Part shown: positions 23,204 through 35,794 of the stretch, piece after piece
Layout: every line of letters starts with the position of its first letter
How positions within the stretch are numbered: the stretch's first letter is position 1
Source: Hyaloraphidium curvatum SAG 235-1
Taxonomy: Eukaryota > Fungi > Monoblepharomycota
Assembly (NCBI GenBank): GCA_025558095.1
Contig: JAIVFI010000029.1
Coordinates: 186,001-250,000, forward strand
Direction of reading: 5' to 3'
DNA: 64,000 nucleotides
Program-made: the position numbers and the translations under genes
Notes under the pieces: model-generated
What the model saw: the letters and a program-made list of their open reading frames with translations, nothing else
What the model was told of the DNA's origin: nothing
Databases searched by the model: none

Positions 23204-24115
23204 GGCGGCGGGCTTCCGGACGTCCCGGGCGCCGCGTGGACTAGCGCCCGCAGGGTCGCGCACGTCGAGAGGGAGTGAGATTCGGCGGACACGCTCTCCA
23301 CGTCCACTCTCCGCCTGATGACTGGGCACTGGCATGCCGCCTTTCCTCCACCGCGATCGGGACGGTGCGACGCAGCATTCAAATGGGATGAAGTGTCCCA
23401 GGGCCACAAGTGACAACAAGAACATTAATTAGTCATCGATCGCGGTCCTTGAACAGCAAAAGGTGGGGTTGTGGCAGACTGCCGTGCGTAGAAGGCGGCC
23501 GCGCGGCGGAAGCCTGACAGGGACCATTGATGATCTAATGCCGTTGGATGCTTTCGAGTGCTTTGTTCGTTAGAGCTGATTCGACACCTCTTTGTACCAT
23601 TGGTCCGAGCTGGGAAGGGCATGGTCGCCAGGGCACTGTTCAGGGTCCGCGCAACAGCTCCGCAACCCGCCCTCCTCTCGGCCCATTCATTCGAGCCGCC
23701 GCCGCGTCAGACAAGGTACGCTGTCGCTCACCGCGGTCTTTGCACGCGCAGCGATGCGCGCGCCGCCCCGCGCTCTCCCCGATGCCGCGGTTAACGGACC
23801 CTCGTTCCGCCCGCTCCCTGCCGCTCGCCCACTCCTCCATCACCCGTCCTGCCGCATTCCTGCGCGTGTGTCGTGCTTGTGTTCCTCTTCTGCTCCCGGT
23901 TTGCTCGCGCCGCGCTGCTGCGCGTGCGCCGTGACGCATCCCGGCACCCTCCACTGGCTCGTGGTCTTCTGCCGCCTTCCCCAACCCCCTTCGACACCCG
24001 TGTCACTTTGCTGCACGTCGATCTTCTGCATCTGTGTCGCTACTCTGCTGTCACGCTGTCGCCGTCCTCGGACACCGCCCTGCCCCTCTCCCCCGCCCTC
24101 CGGCGTCGGCTCCAG

Positions 24116-25044
24116 ATGGTTCCGGACCACGTTGTCATTGTTACCGCCGACCTCACGGCTTGCTATGCCGAGTGGACCAAGAACGGCTTCATTGGTGGGA
24201 AATACAGAGGCTCGCCGTCACAGGACGTCACTGACATCCACTTCTACAGTCTCTCCGCAGCCGCAGGACCCCAACAGCCCCATTGGTGAGTGCCGAAGCT
24301 CGTCCCTGGCATCCCATGAGCCTTTCCTGACCTTCAATTGGCTATTTCAGACGTTATGAATGTCTATTTTGCGGACGGGACCTACATCTCGCTCGTCTAC
24401 TGGAAGCAGCCTGGATCGGGGCCTTGGGCTTCTGGGCCCGGGTTCCAGTCGTTCGCGCTGCTGGCCAACAACCCCGATGTCAACCTGACGAGGGAGTGGC
24501 TGGCCACCCAGTCGCCCGCGCTGGTCTACCACGGCCCCTACGCGACCGACGCCAGCAAGACCGTCTACCCGACCACCGAGACCTCGGCGAGCCAGGGCCT
24601 GCCCTACATCGTGCAGTACAAGGACCGCGCTGCTGTCGTGCCCTCCACCGGCGCCCCCGTCGAGCACCCCAACGGTGCGACCGGCATCAAGGACATCCAG
24701 GTCGTCGTCAACGATGTGCCCGCCACAACCGCCAAGTACCAGGTGCTCGCCGAGTCCGCGCCGATCGAGCAGCACGGTGCTTCGGCCCGCTTCCAGGTTC
24801 GTCCAGCTAGTTGGTGCATGGATGAGCTGCAGCTGATTCGATCTCCATCCACCTCGACTCGATCTCCATCCGTCGCCAGGTTGGCCCTTCTACGGTCACC
24901 GTCATAAACGCCTGGAGCCCTGCCCTCGAGGAGCGCCTCAAGACCAAGGGCGAGGGTGTCTATGCCCTTCACCTCAAGTCGAACACCCCGCTCGAGGCCC
25001 CGCTCGTCATGGACGGCGCCGAGATCTCGCTGGTTGCGGCCTAG
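24116..25044 (+). CDS. Glyoxalase-like (VOC, Glyoxalase_3-type) domain protein, 4 coding exons
   Basis: Spliced product MVPDHVVIVTADL...GFI/VSPQPQDPNSPI/DVMNVYFADGTYISLV...GLPYIVQ...EHPNGATGIKDIQVVV...GEGVYALHL. DHVVI, NxxFADGTYI and HPNGATGI are typical of the family. Confidence 0.8.
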
Positions 25045-25200
25045 ACGCAGCGCGTAGCTTGCCTGTAGCTGAGCTGTCCGGCAAATCTGAATCTGGACCA
25101 CCAGAGCGCGGTGTTCTCAATAGTCCCCGAATCCGATCTCATTTCATCCAGTACAAAAGCCCACAACCGTGCAAAAGCATACATATTGCAAAACGCAGCA

Positions 25201-28200
25201 TCACTTTTCCAGCAGCTTCTTTAGCGTCGTGACCCAGTGCACCTTCAGTTCGCCCGTCTCCACGCGCAGCGCCTCCTTGTTCTTGCCTTCCGTCGCGGCG
25301 TCCAGCTCGACGAGCTTCTCCTCGACGGGTTTGTCGTCCTCCTGCGGAGGTCCCTGGACCTTGAGTATCTCATATTCCTCGCAGCGGACCTCGTGGCCGC
25401 CCCATCCAATCGAAATGCCTGCGCAAGCGAAGCCGCCTTAGCAACCCAGTTTCGCGTCGAGACTGTCCGCATGCCTCACCCCTCTCGTCGCCCTCCTTGA
25501 CCCAACCGACGTGCACGCCGTCCTTGTAGAAAGCCCGCGCCACGTACAGCGGCTCGCCGTCGGCATCCACGCACCCGCCGCTGACGCATCCCGTCGTGTC
25601 CACCAGGGCGCCCGACGAGGGCATCCAGTCCAGCACGCGGTGCATGGCATAGTCCCTGATGGACGCCACGGGGTCCCCGCTGCCCCGCAGCATCGCGTTG
25701 CGCCGCAGCTTGGCATCCAGGCAGAGCACCTCGTATGCGGCGGACGAGAGCTCCTTGCCCCCGCACGAGTAGTTGCATCCACCGAGGAGGTAACTGCCCA
25801 GCGGACCCTTGCCCGGGTACAGTCCTCTCCGCCCGCCAGCGCGGCAGATAAAGAGCTGCCGGCCCTTCTTCCGGCCCTGGTCCATGTACTCGCCGCCCGA
25901 CTCGATGGCGCCGTCCGGAACGAGCCAGTTGTTGGCCTTCTTCCAAACCAGACCACACTTCGACAGGAGCTTGGCGTCGAGCACCGGGCCGTCGAGCTTC
26001 GGGAGGGTGAACTCGGTCTCGGTCGGCGCGCGGCGCGGTTCGGAGCGAGCCTTTTCCCTCGCGCTGATCTCGCTGTTGCCTTCGCTGTCGAAGGGCAGGT
26101 GTACCGAAGATGGATCGCGCTCCCATTTCGCAAGCTTGAAGCGGAACTTGAAGAAGAGGAGCTCGGCAAGCTCCAGGGTTTCTTCCATGGGAATCTTGCC
26201 GTTGAGCTCATTGATGCACTTGAGCAGCTCGTCAAAGGCCTTGCAGGCCAGCAGCTCCTCGCGCTTCCACTGCAGGATGGCGACGGCAAAGAAGAGGTGG
26301 AAGTGCGCGGTGAGGTGGCGCGACCAGAGGACCTCCCACAGCCGCATGATGTCGGTAAAGTCAAACTCGCGCTTGAACCAGATGAGCAACCAACGGAAGC
26401 AGAAGAAAAAGTTGAGGCCGTCGATGCGCTCGAGGTGGTTGTGCAGCTTCGGGTCCAGGAACTTGACGAGCCGTTCCAGGTCCAAAAGCTGGGTCCGCAT
26501 CCCGACCTGGTCGCGCGCAAAGTTTGCTTTGACGAACTCCATGAACCCAACGAAGCACCAGAAAGCCTCGACCTCGTCGCGCACGACGGCCAGCACCGGC
26601 GCGAGCAGGTCGGACATTCCCTGCACGTATCCGAGCGAGAACTCGCGGTAAGCGTACGTCACGAGGATGTCGCGGAGGATGGCCAGGTTGGTGTTCCAGC
26701 CGGCAACGCTGACGCCGGGGATGTTCGGGGGCGCCTCGTCCTCGTCAAACTCGGCAAATGCCGAGGACGCATCGCTCGCGTCTCCAGCGCCCTCCTCACG
26801 ACCGCCTTCGATCACTTTGGTGCGATCGCCGGCGAAAAACGGAATGTTCCGGTCGGTCCGCACCACGTCCTTTTCGATCCGGTAGCGGCGCTCGCGCAGT
26901 GCGGAAACCAAGTCCTGCCCTTCCGCCTCATCGCCAGCGGTGGGGCTGCGCACCGTTCCGGGTGCTTGCAGCTCCGTCTTGAGCTCACTCAGGACCGCAT
27001 TGGCCGAGGTCGAGGGGATTGCGGGGAGCTGTTCGCCGTTCAGGGCGGGCGACGAACCCGCCGATGGTGACGGACGCAAAAGCGCCTTCCACTGCCGCTC
27101 CAGCTCAAAGTACTCCTCGTTGTGCTTCGTCTTGACCTCTAGCCGCTCCGCCTCAGTTGAGGTCCACTGCAAAAGCTCGTCAGCGGATTAAGGCAGCACC
27201 AGATGACCAGCCAACCTTGTAGACGCCAAGCAGGAAAGGCCACAGGCTGGGGCGGATGTCCATGTCGATGCCCGAGTAGAAGACGTGCTCCCGTATTTTC
27301 TCCTCGCTCTTCTCCAGCCTACCCTCCTTGTCGAACCACGACAAGAAATCCTCCGGGGCAATTGGCATGCCGGTGCGATGGTGGTTCCGCCACTCCAGAG
27401 GCATGTCATCGAACTCGACCACCTCGAAATCGCCAAGCTCCGTTTCCTCAGCTGGCAAGTCCTCCATCTGGAAGTCCGAGCCGTCCTCCCGCTTCGTTTC
27501 CTTGCCTTTGCCCAGAAGTACATCCTCGGCGAAATGGTTGATGTAGTTGCGGGCAGGCTCGAAATCTTCTGCAATCTTCGCGGCTTCCTGTGCGGCACAA
27601 GTTTAAGTTAGTAATCGTTCAAGGTTCGCCAAACACTACCAACTTCAGCGGGAAGGACCTTGGCGACGTACTCCTGCGGCAGCAAGCCCACGGCTTGCCG
27701 TGCAGCGGGAACAGCTTCAAGCAGGTCTACGGCACGGTTCTGTGTGCTCTTCGTGATCTTTGCGAAGCGCTCCAGAATGCCGAACTGGAAGTCGCCCAGA
27801 ACCTTGCCGATGCCGCTCTGCGACGGTTTCCGTCCATGCTGGGTGGAACCTGCGGCAGCTGGCTCCTCCGAGGAAGAGCCACCGGCGGACTCGGACCTGG
27901 GAGGCGGTTCCGGCGCCCCCGACGGAGTCTGTGCGTGAGAAGCCTGGAAAGCCTCATCACGCGGCGCAGGTGTGGCCGGTGGAGACGCAGCCGCGGGGGG
28001 CGGCCCGGGCGGCGGTGCGATGTTTCCCCGAGAAACCTCGTGGTGTGCCCGGAGAAGGGCAATCTCGGCGTTCTCGGCGTCAGATCGTTTCGGCGGCGGG
28101 GCGTCGGGGCGCCGGTACTTTGGCGCCGGTGGGGTGTACGAGCCGCCAGCCAATGGGGAAGACGCGGGCAGAACAGTGTAGGTCGGGTTCTGCGCCGTCG

Positions 28201-28663
28201 CGATGTGCAAGATGTTCATGCCAGCCTCTCGGAACCAAGACGTGAGCAAGTCAACCACTCGCTGCCGCGGTTCGCCCCGCCTCGGCAGGATCCACAAAAT
28301 GGGCAACGCCGCGCTGCTCGATGCCGGGTCGTCGCCTACGTAGAGGCTGAGTCCGACGTACGGCGACGTGTCGGGCAGCTGAAACGAGAAGAGCCGCAGG
28401 TCCAGCAGGGGGAACGACATGGCGTTCTGCAGCGCGGCCGACGACAGCTCCAATGGCTGCATCGCGCGCGGCGGGTTCTTCTGCGCCGCCGCATCTGCCC
28501 GGTCGATCGCAGTCGCGTCTGAGCGCGGGAGGCCCGTCGGGAGGAAGCTGAACAGCGTGAGGTCGTCCGACGCGACGAGCGCAATGCTGCCGACTGTGGG
28601 CGACGCGCCGTCCGCCGGTCGGATAAGCACGCCCGTGCGAGCGTGCAGCAGCCGTAGGCTCAT
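25201..28663 (-). CDS. GYP7: Gyp7/TBC1D15-like Rab GTPase-activating protein with C-terminal DM9 repeats (multi-exon)
   Basis: Gyp7 hallmarks ILERFAKIT, ELGDFEVVE and GIDMDIRPSLWPFLLGVY; TBC motifs IEKDVVRTDR and GYVQGMSDLL; FFFCFRWLLIWFKREF. The same reading frame continues into DM9-like repeats. Confidence 0.92.
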
Positions 28664-28830
28664 CGCGGCGACCGGGGATATATGGCGGAGTTTGAACGGG
28701 ACCCTGATTGGAGGCGCCGGCTCGGCAGCCAGCGCAGAGACGCCCTCAGCCCTCAGCTCCGGCCACGCAACCTGCTCATCTCCTTCGATTGGGTATCTAA
28801 TCAGATCGACACAGAGCCTCGCAACTACAG

Positions 28831-30415
28831 CTAATAGACCAGCGAAACCAGGCCATAGCGAATGAACGCCGCAATGCACGTCCCCACTGCTTGCAGCACC
28901 ATGACCGCAATCGTTGTCCGTTCCTCGCTAAGCGGGCCCAGTTTGACGAGCACGAGATTGATCAGCGTCAGGTTGTTGACGTGCGTCCAATCTCCCGTCT
29001 TGGGATCCTTGCGGATGTCCGCGAGGCCGAGGATCCGGAGGATGTTGAGGAACAAGCGGCCCAGCCCCTTGATCTTCTTGGTTCCTTCCTCCGACCCATC
29101 CAGGCACGCGTACGAAGGCTCCAGAAGTCCCGTCTTCGGATTCAGCTTCGGCATCCTATGCCGCGGGCAGTGCACGAAGCCAAACACCTGCGGGCAGGAG
29201 TAGAGGAAGTTGAAGATTTGAGGGATATGGAATAGCAAGATCGTCTTGCTGATGTGCGACAGGATGCCAACCACGGCAAAGGTCATCCCGGCAAAGTAGG
29301 CATAGGTGTCGCCTCCAAAGACGGCGGCGGGGAACCTAGAGGCGCCAGCAATGGGCTACAGGTCACGACAGACGACCCGAAACTCATGGACACCTACCAG
29401 TTGTGCCACAGGTACCCAACTGTCACGCCGATGAAGGGCAGAATAAAGTAGAGGCTCATTAGATGTGCTTGCATCGTGGCCGGGTTGTGTTGCCCAGTCG
29501 TCGCCATTTGGTAGAGGTCGTTGGCAAGGATGGAGAGGGCGATGACGAGCGACTGGCCGCCCTCGATGCCGTTGATCCCTGCGAGAATGTTGACGGCGTT
29601 CGTGCAAAACACGCAGAGCGCGACCATGTAGCAGTAGTACAAGAAGCCTGAAAGAGTCGGTGTTCAGGAATTGGCGACACTTATTCTTTTGCGCTACCAA
29701 CCGAGGTCAACGAGGTCAGTGCCCAGCAGTCCCCGCAGCGGCAGCGGAACTTTGATGTCCGTCACTCCGTACGTGACGTAGTAGACTGTGAGCAGCGGAA
29801 TCGAGGCAAAGACGGGGAACCAGATCTTGACCCGCCACCGAATGTCGAAGACGTCGTCCGCGAAGCCCAGGAACAGCATGGACTGCAGCGCAAGCAGCCC
29901 GGAAAGGAAAGAGGCGAGCTGCAATGTGGAGACTCCGTGAGGCAAGGAAGCCAAGTCCGTCCGACGTTCCGACCTTGTCCAGTGGAAAGTCTCCAGCCAG
30001 AATGATCCCGTCGCCCGTTTCGAGAGCGTTCAGCTTCTCTCCCTCTTCATCTCTCAACCGCACGCCAAACCATTGCGCGAAAGGCACGGGAATGAACAGG
30101 AACATGGCCACGAAGTAGACTGCGCCCGCCACGACGCCCATCGACTCGGCCCTGCATTCCGGCGTCAGCGTTCCCGAATCTTGTCCCTGCAACGCTTCAA
30201 GATACTGACCGCACGGGCTTGTCGTTCTTCTGGACATCCTTCCCGCTTTGGCCCGCCTGGATGAAGATCGGCGCCGCGAGCGGGATGATGCGGTGCGTCG
30301 CGTAGGCGGCCAGAACCGAGACCGCAAAGGAAACGAGGACCGGGGAGTGGAAGAGCGCCGTCACGGCTATCGCTACCGATATTGGAACCGGCAGCGAAGA
30401 CGCCAGATTGGGCAT
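28831..30415 (-). CDS. ALG7: UDP-GlcNAc:dolichyl-phosphate GlcNAc-1-phosphotransferase (DPAGT1), multi-exon
   Basis: AESMGVVAGAVY, LGFADDVFDIRWRVK, VFCTNAVNILAGINGIEGGQ, VFGGDTYAYFAGM, ILSHISKTILLF, CPRHRMPK and NNLTLINL. Confidence 0.96.
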
Positions 30416-30675
30416 ATTGGTGGTGGCCGACGTGGCGACTTCTGAGAAGTGACTCCTCGACTCGCGCAATGCATGTGCGTCCCAATTTTACGTCGGGACT
30501 TTCGAATCGCGATACGTGGATTGATGATATTAAACAGTCTAATGTGTTGTAGCTCAGTGAATCACTGCACTCAAGTTGCACAGATGAATAGTTGCGCAGA
30601 GGATGTCAAGTCAAAGCCACGCCGGCCAACGGCCTCCGCCAGCAAAGTCCGCCGGCCGGAAACCCAGTTGCTTGC

Positions 30676-32652
30676 TTAAATCTTGTAGGTGCTGGGCACG
30701 TAGACGCTGACCTGCCCCGCGCCGACCTTGCACTCCACAAACCCATCGCTGTTGACGACCGATGTCTCGACAAGGTTCAGAGCGTTCTTCCACGTCTCGC
30801 CAGCGTGGTGCTTGCCGACAAACATCCACTTCGAGCCACCGGCTTCCTTGGACAGCAGGCAGGCCAGGCCCGAGCCCGGATGATCGGCGTCGCCCTCCCG
30901 AGTCCAGCCGACGACGTTGGGGTCCGGGTTGGGCGTCTTAAGCAGCGGATCGTCGAAGTGGAAGTACTCGTGCTGGAAACCCCATGCAACGTCACGCCGG
31001 AGCTGAAGGAGGAGCGGAAGCGCCTGGACGGGCGCGAGGTTGATCGTGAACTTCTCGCTGGTGCCGGGCTTGACGTCCGTATACTCGGCGCCATAAACAT
31101 CAGGATAAAAGACGCACGGATATCCCTCTTCGCGCAGGAGAATAAGGGCGTAGCCGTGTGTCCGCATCCAGAACTCGATGTACGTGTCGTGAGCCTCCCG
31201 CTGCAGTCCGACGTCAGACACCACCCGGAATACTACAACACATAGCGCTTACCAAAGGCTGGACATCGTGATTATCCAAAAACGTAACAACGTTGGTCGC
31301 GGCCCTCTCCACGAGGGTCCCGTCGATGAGGTTCCGCATGTCGTAGCCGGGCTGACGGCATGCCGCGGCCAGGTTGTTGCGGAGGGCGAAACCAAAGACG
31401 CTCATGACGTAGTTGGTTGCGCCGAGGTACCATTGGAGCTCATCCACAGCGTTGGAATAGTACTCGCCCACGGCGAAGACCTTGCGTCCCAGCCTTTCGT
31501 TGATGGTGTACTGGCGAGGGCCACCCGTCAGATCCAGCCACGGGATTGTCAAACAATGCCAGAACCCACGATGAAATCGCGGAAGAATGTTGCGTCTATA
31601 TGCTTCACCGCGTCGATGCGGAAACCGTCGATCCCGATCTCTTTGACGACCCAGAGCGTGAAGTTTATCAGTTCCTGCACCACGGCAGGCGAGCTCATCC
31701 GCAAATCGTCCGCGCATAGGAAGTCGTAGTTGCCGGATTCGAGCGAGACGTTTTGCTCCGTCTCCGTGCCGACGATCTTGAACACTCCCTCGCGGCCAGA
31801 CCAGGACCCGTCTTCGTTCTGCCACTCGACCCATCCGACGGTGTCGAAAGAGTCCTTCGTGAACTGGTAATTGGTGTCCTTGCCGAGGGATTTGCAGTTG
31901 AACTTGGTCCTGTCGTGTCCCGAGTCAGTTGCCGTTGATTCTGAGGCTCGGCTCGTGACGCTCACCAAATCCATCCCTCGAAGGCGTCCCCGATCGGCTG
32001 ATTCCTGTTATCCTTGGCGTACTCCTGGATCTTGACGAGCTCCCGCTCGTCGGCCCCCTGCCGCTGGTTGAAAACGATGTCCAGGTAGGCCTGGATGCCG
32101 TTGTCGTGCAGCGCCTTGACCGCCGCCTTGAGCTCCTCCTTGGTGCCGTACTTGGTCCGCACCGCTCCCTTCTGGTCGTAGTTGCCGAGGTCGTAGAGGT
32201 CGTAGACGGCGTACCCGACGTCGTCGACCCCTCCAGCGCCCTTCGAGGCGGGAGGAAGCCAGACGGAGGTGATCCCGAGCTTGGCGAGCTCGGGAGCCTT
32301 CTGGGCGATCTCCTTCCACAGCGTCCCGTCGTTCTTGGTCCACCAGTGGAACGACTGGTGTGTGAAGGAATGCCGATGTCGGGCGGTATGAGTGGCCGAT
32401 CTCGGCAACCGGGCTCTGCGGGAACCTGCCTGGAACAGGACGCCGTTCACCCGTGGCGGCGGCTTGGCGGCCGCGGCGTCGGCGTCCGCGGCGTCACTGC
32501 CGGCCTTGAGCGGGTGCGCCTCGTCCTTGCCGTAGTACTGGAGGTCCGAAAAGCGGAAACCGCGATGGCGCGCACGGGAGGCGGGGTCAGCGCGAATCTC
32601 GGGCCAATGGAATTGCGCAGCCACCCACCTTGTTGAAGATGCGGGCGAACAT
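30676..32652 (-). CDS. Intracellular alpha-amylase, GH13_5 (bacterial liquefying/AmyA-like), multi-exon
   Basis: WLPPASKG, DVGYAVYDLYDLG, QKGAVRTKYGTKEEL, ESGNYDFL, catalytic GFRIDAVKH, VGEYY and FLDNHD, and GYPCVFYPD. The first exon is MFARIFNK, with no signal peptide. Confidence 0.93.
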
Positions 32653-32801
32653 TGTTCTCGACGTCTCTTCTGGTGTTTGCAGACAAGAACTCAGGGCGTG
32701 GCCGACAGGGTTCTGCACCGCCCGAGCGCTGAGCCGCCGATCGTCACCGGCCCCACCCACTGATCGGACCTCGTGCTTCCGATTCCCCCCGTGAATCCGC
32801 G

Positions 32802-33443
32802 ATGGGCGGCCTCTTCTCCCGCATCGCCTCGCTCTTGGCCCCGCGGCGTCACCTGGCGCTCTTTGGCGGCTCCCGGACCTGGTCCGAAGTCAAAACCGTC
32901 GCCGTCGACGACGCGATCCGCGGCGGGAAGAGCCGATCCGAGTTCGACGTGTCCCCCGACGCCCAAACGGCGCGATTCAGCGGCGTCCTCGTGACCGAGA
33001 TCCTGGGCGCGGGATTCGCGTCGCGGAACCTCGTCCCGGCGGGGCTGCCGCTGCCGTTGGACCTCTCGCGCTACTCGGGGCTCGAGATCACCACCGAGGC
33101 CGCGGACGGGATGGTCTACTCGGTCAACCTGAAGGACAGGGTGGCGCCGAGACGGCCGGACGGGAGGCTGGAGTCGGTCGTGGAGCACAAGGCGTTCCTG
33201 AGCCCGCCCGCGGGGGCCGGCACGCGGACCGTGTTCATCCCCTTCTCCGACTTCAAACCCTACTACCGGGGGCGGCCGTACGAAGGGGACGCCGGGCCGC
33301 TGGACGCGGCCAACATCTGCACCGTGAACCTGATGTGCGCGAGCCTGTTCGAGAAGCAGAAGGGCCCCTTCTCGCTGACTGTCTCGGAGATCGCGGCGTC
33401 GACGGGGCCGAGCTTCTGGTCGCGGCTCATGGCCCGGTTATGA
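32802..33443 (+). CDS. CIA30 (complex I intermediate-associated protein 30)-domain protein
   Basis: VDDAIRGGKSRS, GAGFAS, DLSRYSGLEI, DGMVYSVNLK, IPFSDFKPYYRG and QKGPFSL. Intronless. Confidence 0.88.
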   Translation: MGGLFSRIASLLAPRRHLALFGGSRTWSEVKTVAVDDAIRGGKSRSEFDVSPDAQTARFSGVLVTEILGAGFASRNLVPAGLPLPLDLSRYSGLEITTEAADGMVYSVNLKDRVAPRRPDGRLESVVEHKAFLSPPAGAGTRTVFIPFSDFKPYYRGRPYEGDAGPLDAANICTVNLMCASLFEKQKGPFSLTVSEIAASTGPSFWSRLMARL

Positions 33444-33531
33444 GTGGTGACCAAAACCGCGATGTATGCCATTACAGAGCTACATGTCCAGAATCGGATT
33501 AGCAGATACCCGCGACCCGCCGCCCGCGACC

Positions 33532-35794
33532 TCAGAGGTACCCCCGGTGCCTCGCGTAGCTCAGCACCGCAACGGTCCAGACGGTCATGAACCCGACGAT
33601 GGCGTAGAAGGGCACGATATTGACCTCGGTGGGCTCGTGCTGGTACGGCACCGTGACGTTCATGCCGAAGGCCGAGGTGATGATGTTGAGGGGGACGAGG
33701 ACGGCGCCGACGACGGATCTGTGGGTATCCACGAAGGCACGTTCGTCAGAGCTGTTTCCACTGACTCAGCCAGGCAACGACCCACATCCTCATGACGACA
33801 TCCGAAGTCTTGTGGCTGGAAATCGTGATCTCCACTGATGAGAGCAGCAATCAGCAAAGCCGCGACGGCACCGCGGATGTTGGCCACCCACGGTTGATTG
33901 TGGCCAGGTAGTTTGCGTGTGCCCTCGTCAGCGTGCTGTCGTAGTGCTGCAGGTTCGCCACGGCCCCCTGCACGTGGTCCTGCACGTCGCCGAGGTACAC
34001 CCCCACCTCCGAGTCCCCGTGCCGTATCCACCTTGCCGACCCCCGTTTGACGAGCGTCTTGATGACGTCGCTCTTGACCGTCAGCAGCCTCAGCAGGGTG
34101 GTCACCCTCCTCCGGGCCTCCCCGATCCGCTTGAGCATGTCGCTCTGCTCGGCCTCGTTGAGGATGAAGACGAGGTCGTCGATGCTGTCCACCTCGTACT
34201 CGAGCATGTCCAGTATCGGCAGGAAGTGGTCCACCACGTCGTCCACCAGCGCGTAGCTGATCCAGTCCGCGGTGATGTGCAGCCCGTACGCCCGCAGGAG
34301 CTCCATCCGCCGGAGCACGTTGGCGGGGTGGTGCACCTCGGTGGGGTGGAAGGTGATGATCCAGCCGGGCTCGCGGGTGCCGTCGTCGCGCTGGTTGGCG
34401 CCGCCGACGAGGTAGTGCAGCGTCAGGGGCTCGAGGTAGTCCTCGCTGTTTTCGTCGGCGTCGAAGGAGCGGAGGACGACGAAGTAGTAGCCGAGGAAGA
34501 ATTCGACCTTTTCGCGGCCCGTGCGCTCCTCCGTGGCGGAGAGGATGTCCTCGCACGTGAGCGGGTGGATCGAAAAGACCTGTCCCGCCACCGGCGTCAG
34601 CTGGTGAAACCCCGGAGCGCTCTTGAAACCCACCCTTGCCAGCGTCCTCATCGTCTGCGCGTCCAGGTTCTCCACGTCGATCCAGAACCAGCTCCCCGCC
34701 GGGTCCTGCATCACCTCGGGCAGCGTCTTGCCGAAGGCGGAAAAGTCGAGGCCGCCGATGGACGACGCCGAGGCCGAATAGCCGGGCGAGTGGAAGCTGA
34801 CGGTGGTCTTGGCGGGCAGGCGGGGTTGCGGCTCGAAGTGGTTCGTGTGGGTCGTCGAGCCCGTGTCGGCGGAAACGAGCCCCCGCAGCATCGACGACCC
34901 GGACCTGCTCTTTCTCCGCCGAAAGTTGCTGCTGCTGGTGCTGCTGGACGTGTTGGCGTGCTCCAGCTTCCCCGCCGCCTGGTCCGCGAGGTGCTTCAGC
35001 AGGTAGTCAAAGTCGATCCCGAACCGCGGCTCCTCGGCCGCCCCCGCGGCCTGGTCCAGCATCATCGTGTCGTACACCTGGGCGTCGGGCACGTCGCCGT
35101 TGACGCTCTCGAACGACACGTTGCGGCCCGGCGCCTCGTCCTCGCCGGGGTGGTCCGCGCCCTCGCGCGGGGTGGGCGACTCGCGCAGGCCCGCGCTGAG
35201 CAGCGGCCTGCTCTCGGCGTCGGCGTCGTCGCCGTAGTCCGACTCCGAGACGGAGGAGGGCGCGCCGCGCCGGGGGTGCGGGCCGCTGTCTGTCCGCGAG
35301 ATCGGGGCGACGGTGGCCACGGTCCGCCTGCGGTCCGCCAGGAAGCCCTGGTTGAACGGCCTGTCGTCGGCGTCGGGCGAGCGCGAGTATGCGCCCCGTG
35401 CGCCGGCGGGGCCCTCTGGGAAGTACGAGCCGGCCATGGACGACAGGTGCCTGTAGCGCAGCTCCCTCTGCTGCAGGTCCCACGGCTGCACGTCCTCGGG
35501 CAGCGGCGACTCCGAGCGGCGGTTGAGCACGTGCTCCATCGACAGCGAGCCGCGGCGGCCGCGCAGCCCGGACGAGGCGGACGCGAGCGGCGGCGTCGGC
35601 GTGCCGCCCTCGGTGCCGCGCGGGGTCGCCGGCGAGGGCGCGGCGGGGGGCGACGCGTCGCCGCGCATCATCGACGGCCCGAGGTTGAGGCTGAGCGCGA
35701 CGGGCGCCTCGGGCGTCGGCGGCCGCGGGATCGCGCGGGGCGTCGCGTCCGGCGACCCGGCCACGTCGGCCCCGCCGGCCCCGCCGCCGCTCAT
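33532..35794 (-). CDS. CorA-family Mg2+ transporter (Alr1/Mnr2-like), multi-exon
   Basis: FWIDV, FSIHPLTCEDI, REKVEFFLGYYFV, DWISYALVDDVVD, YLGDVQDH, RAHANYLA, and the CorA signature FGMNV between two C-terminal TM segments. Confidence 0.93.
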
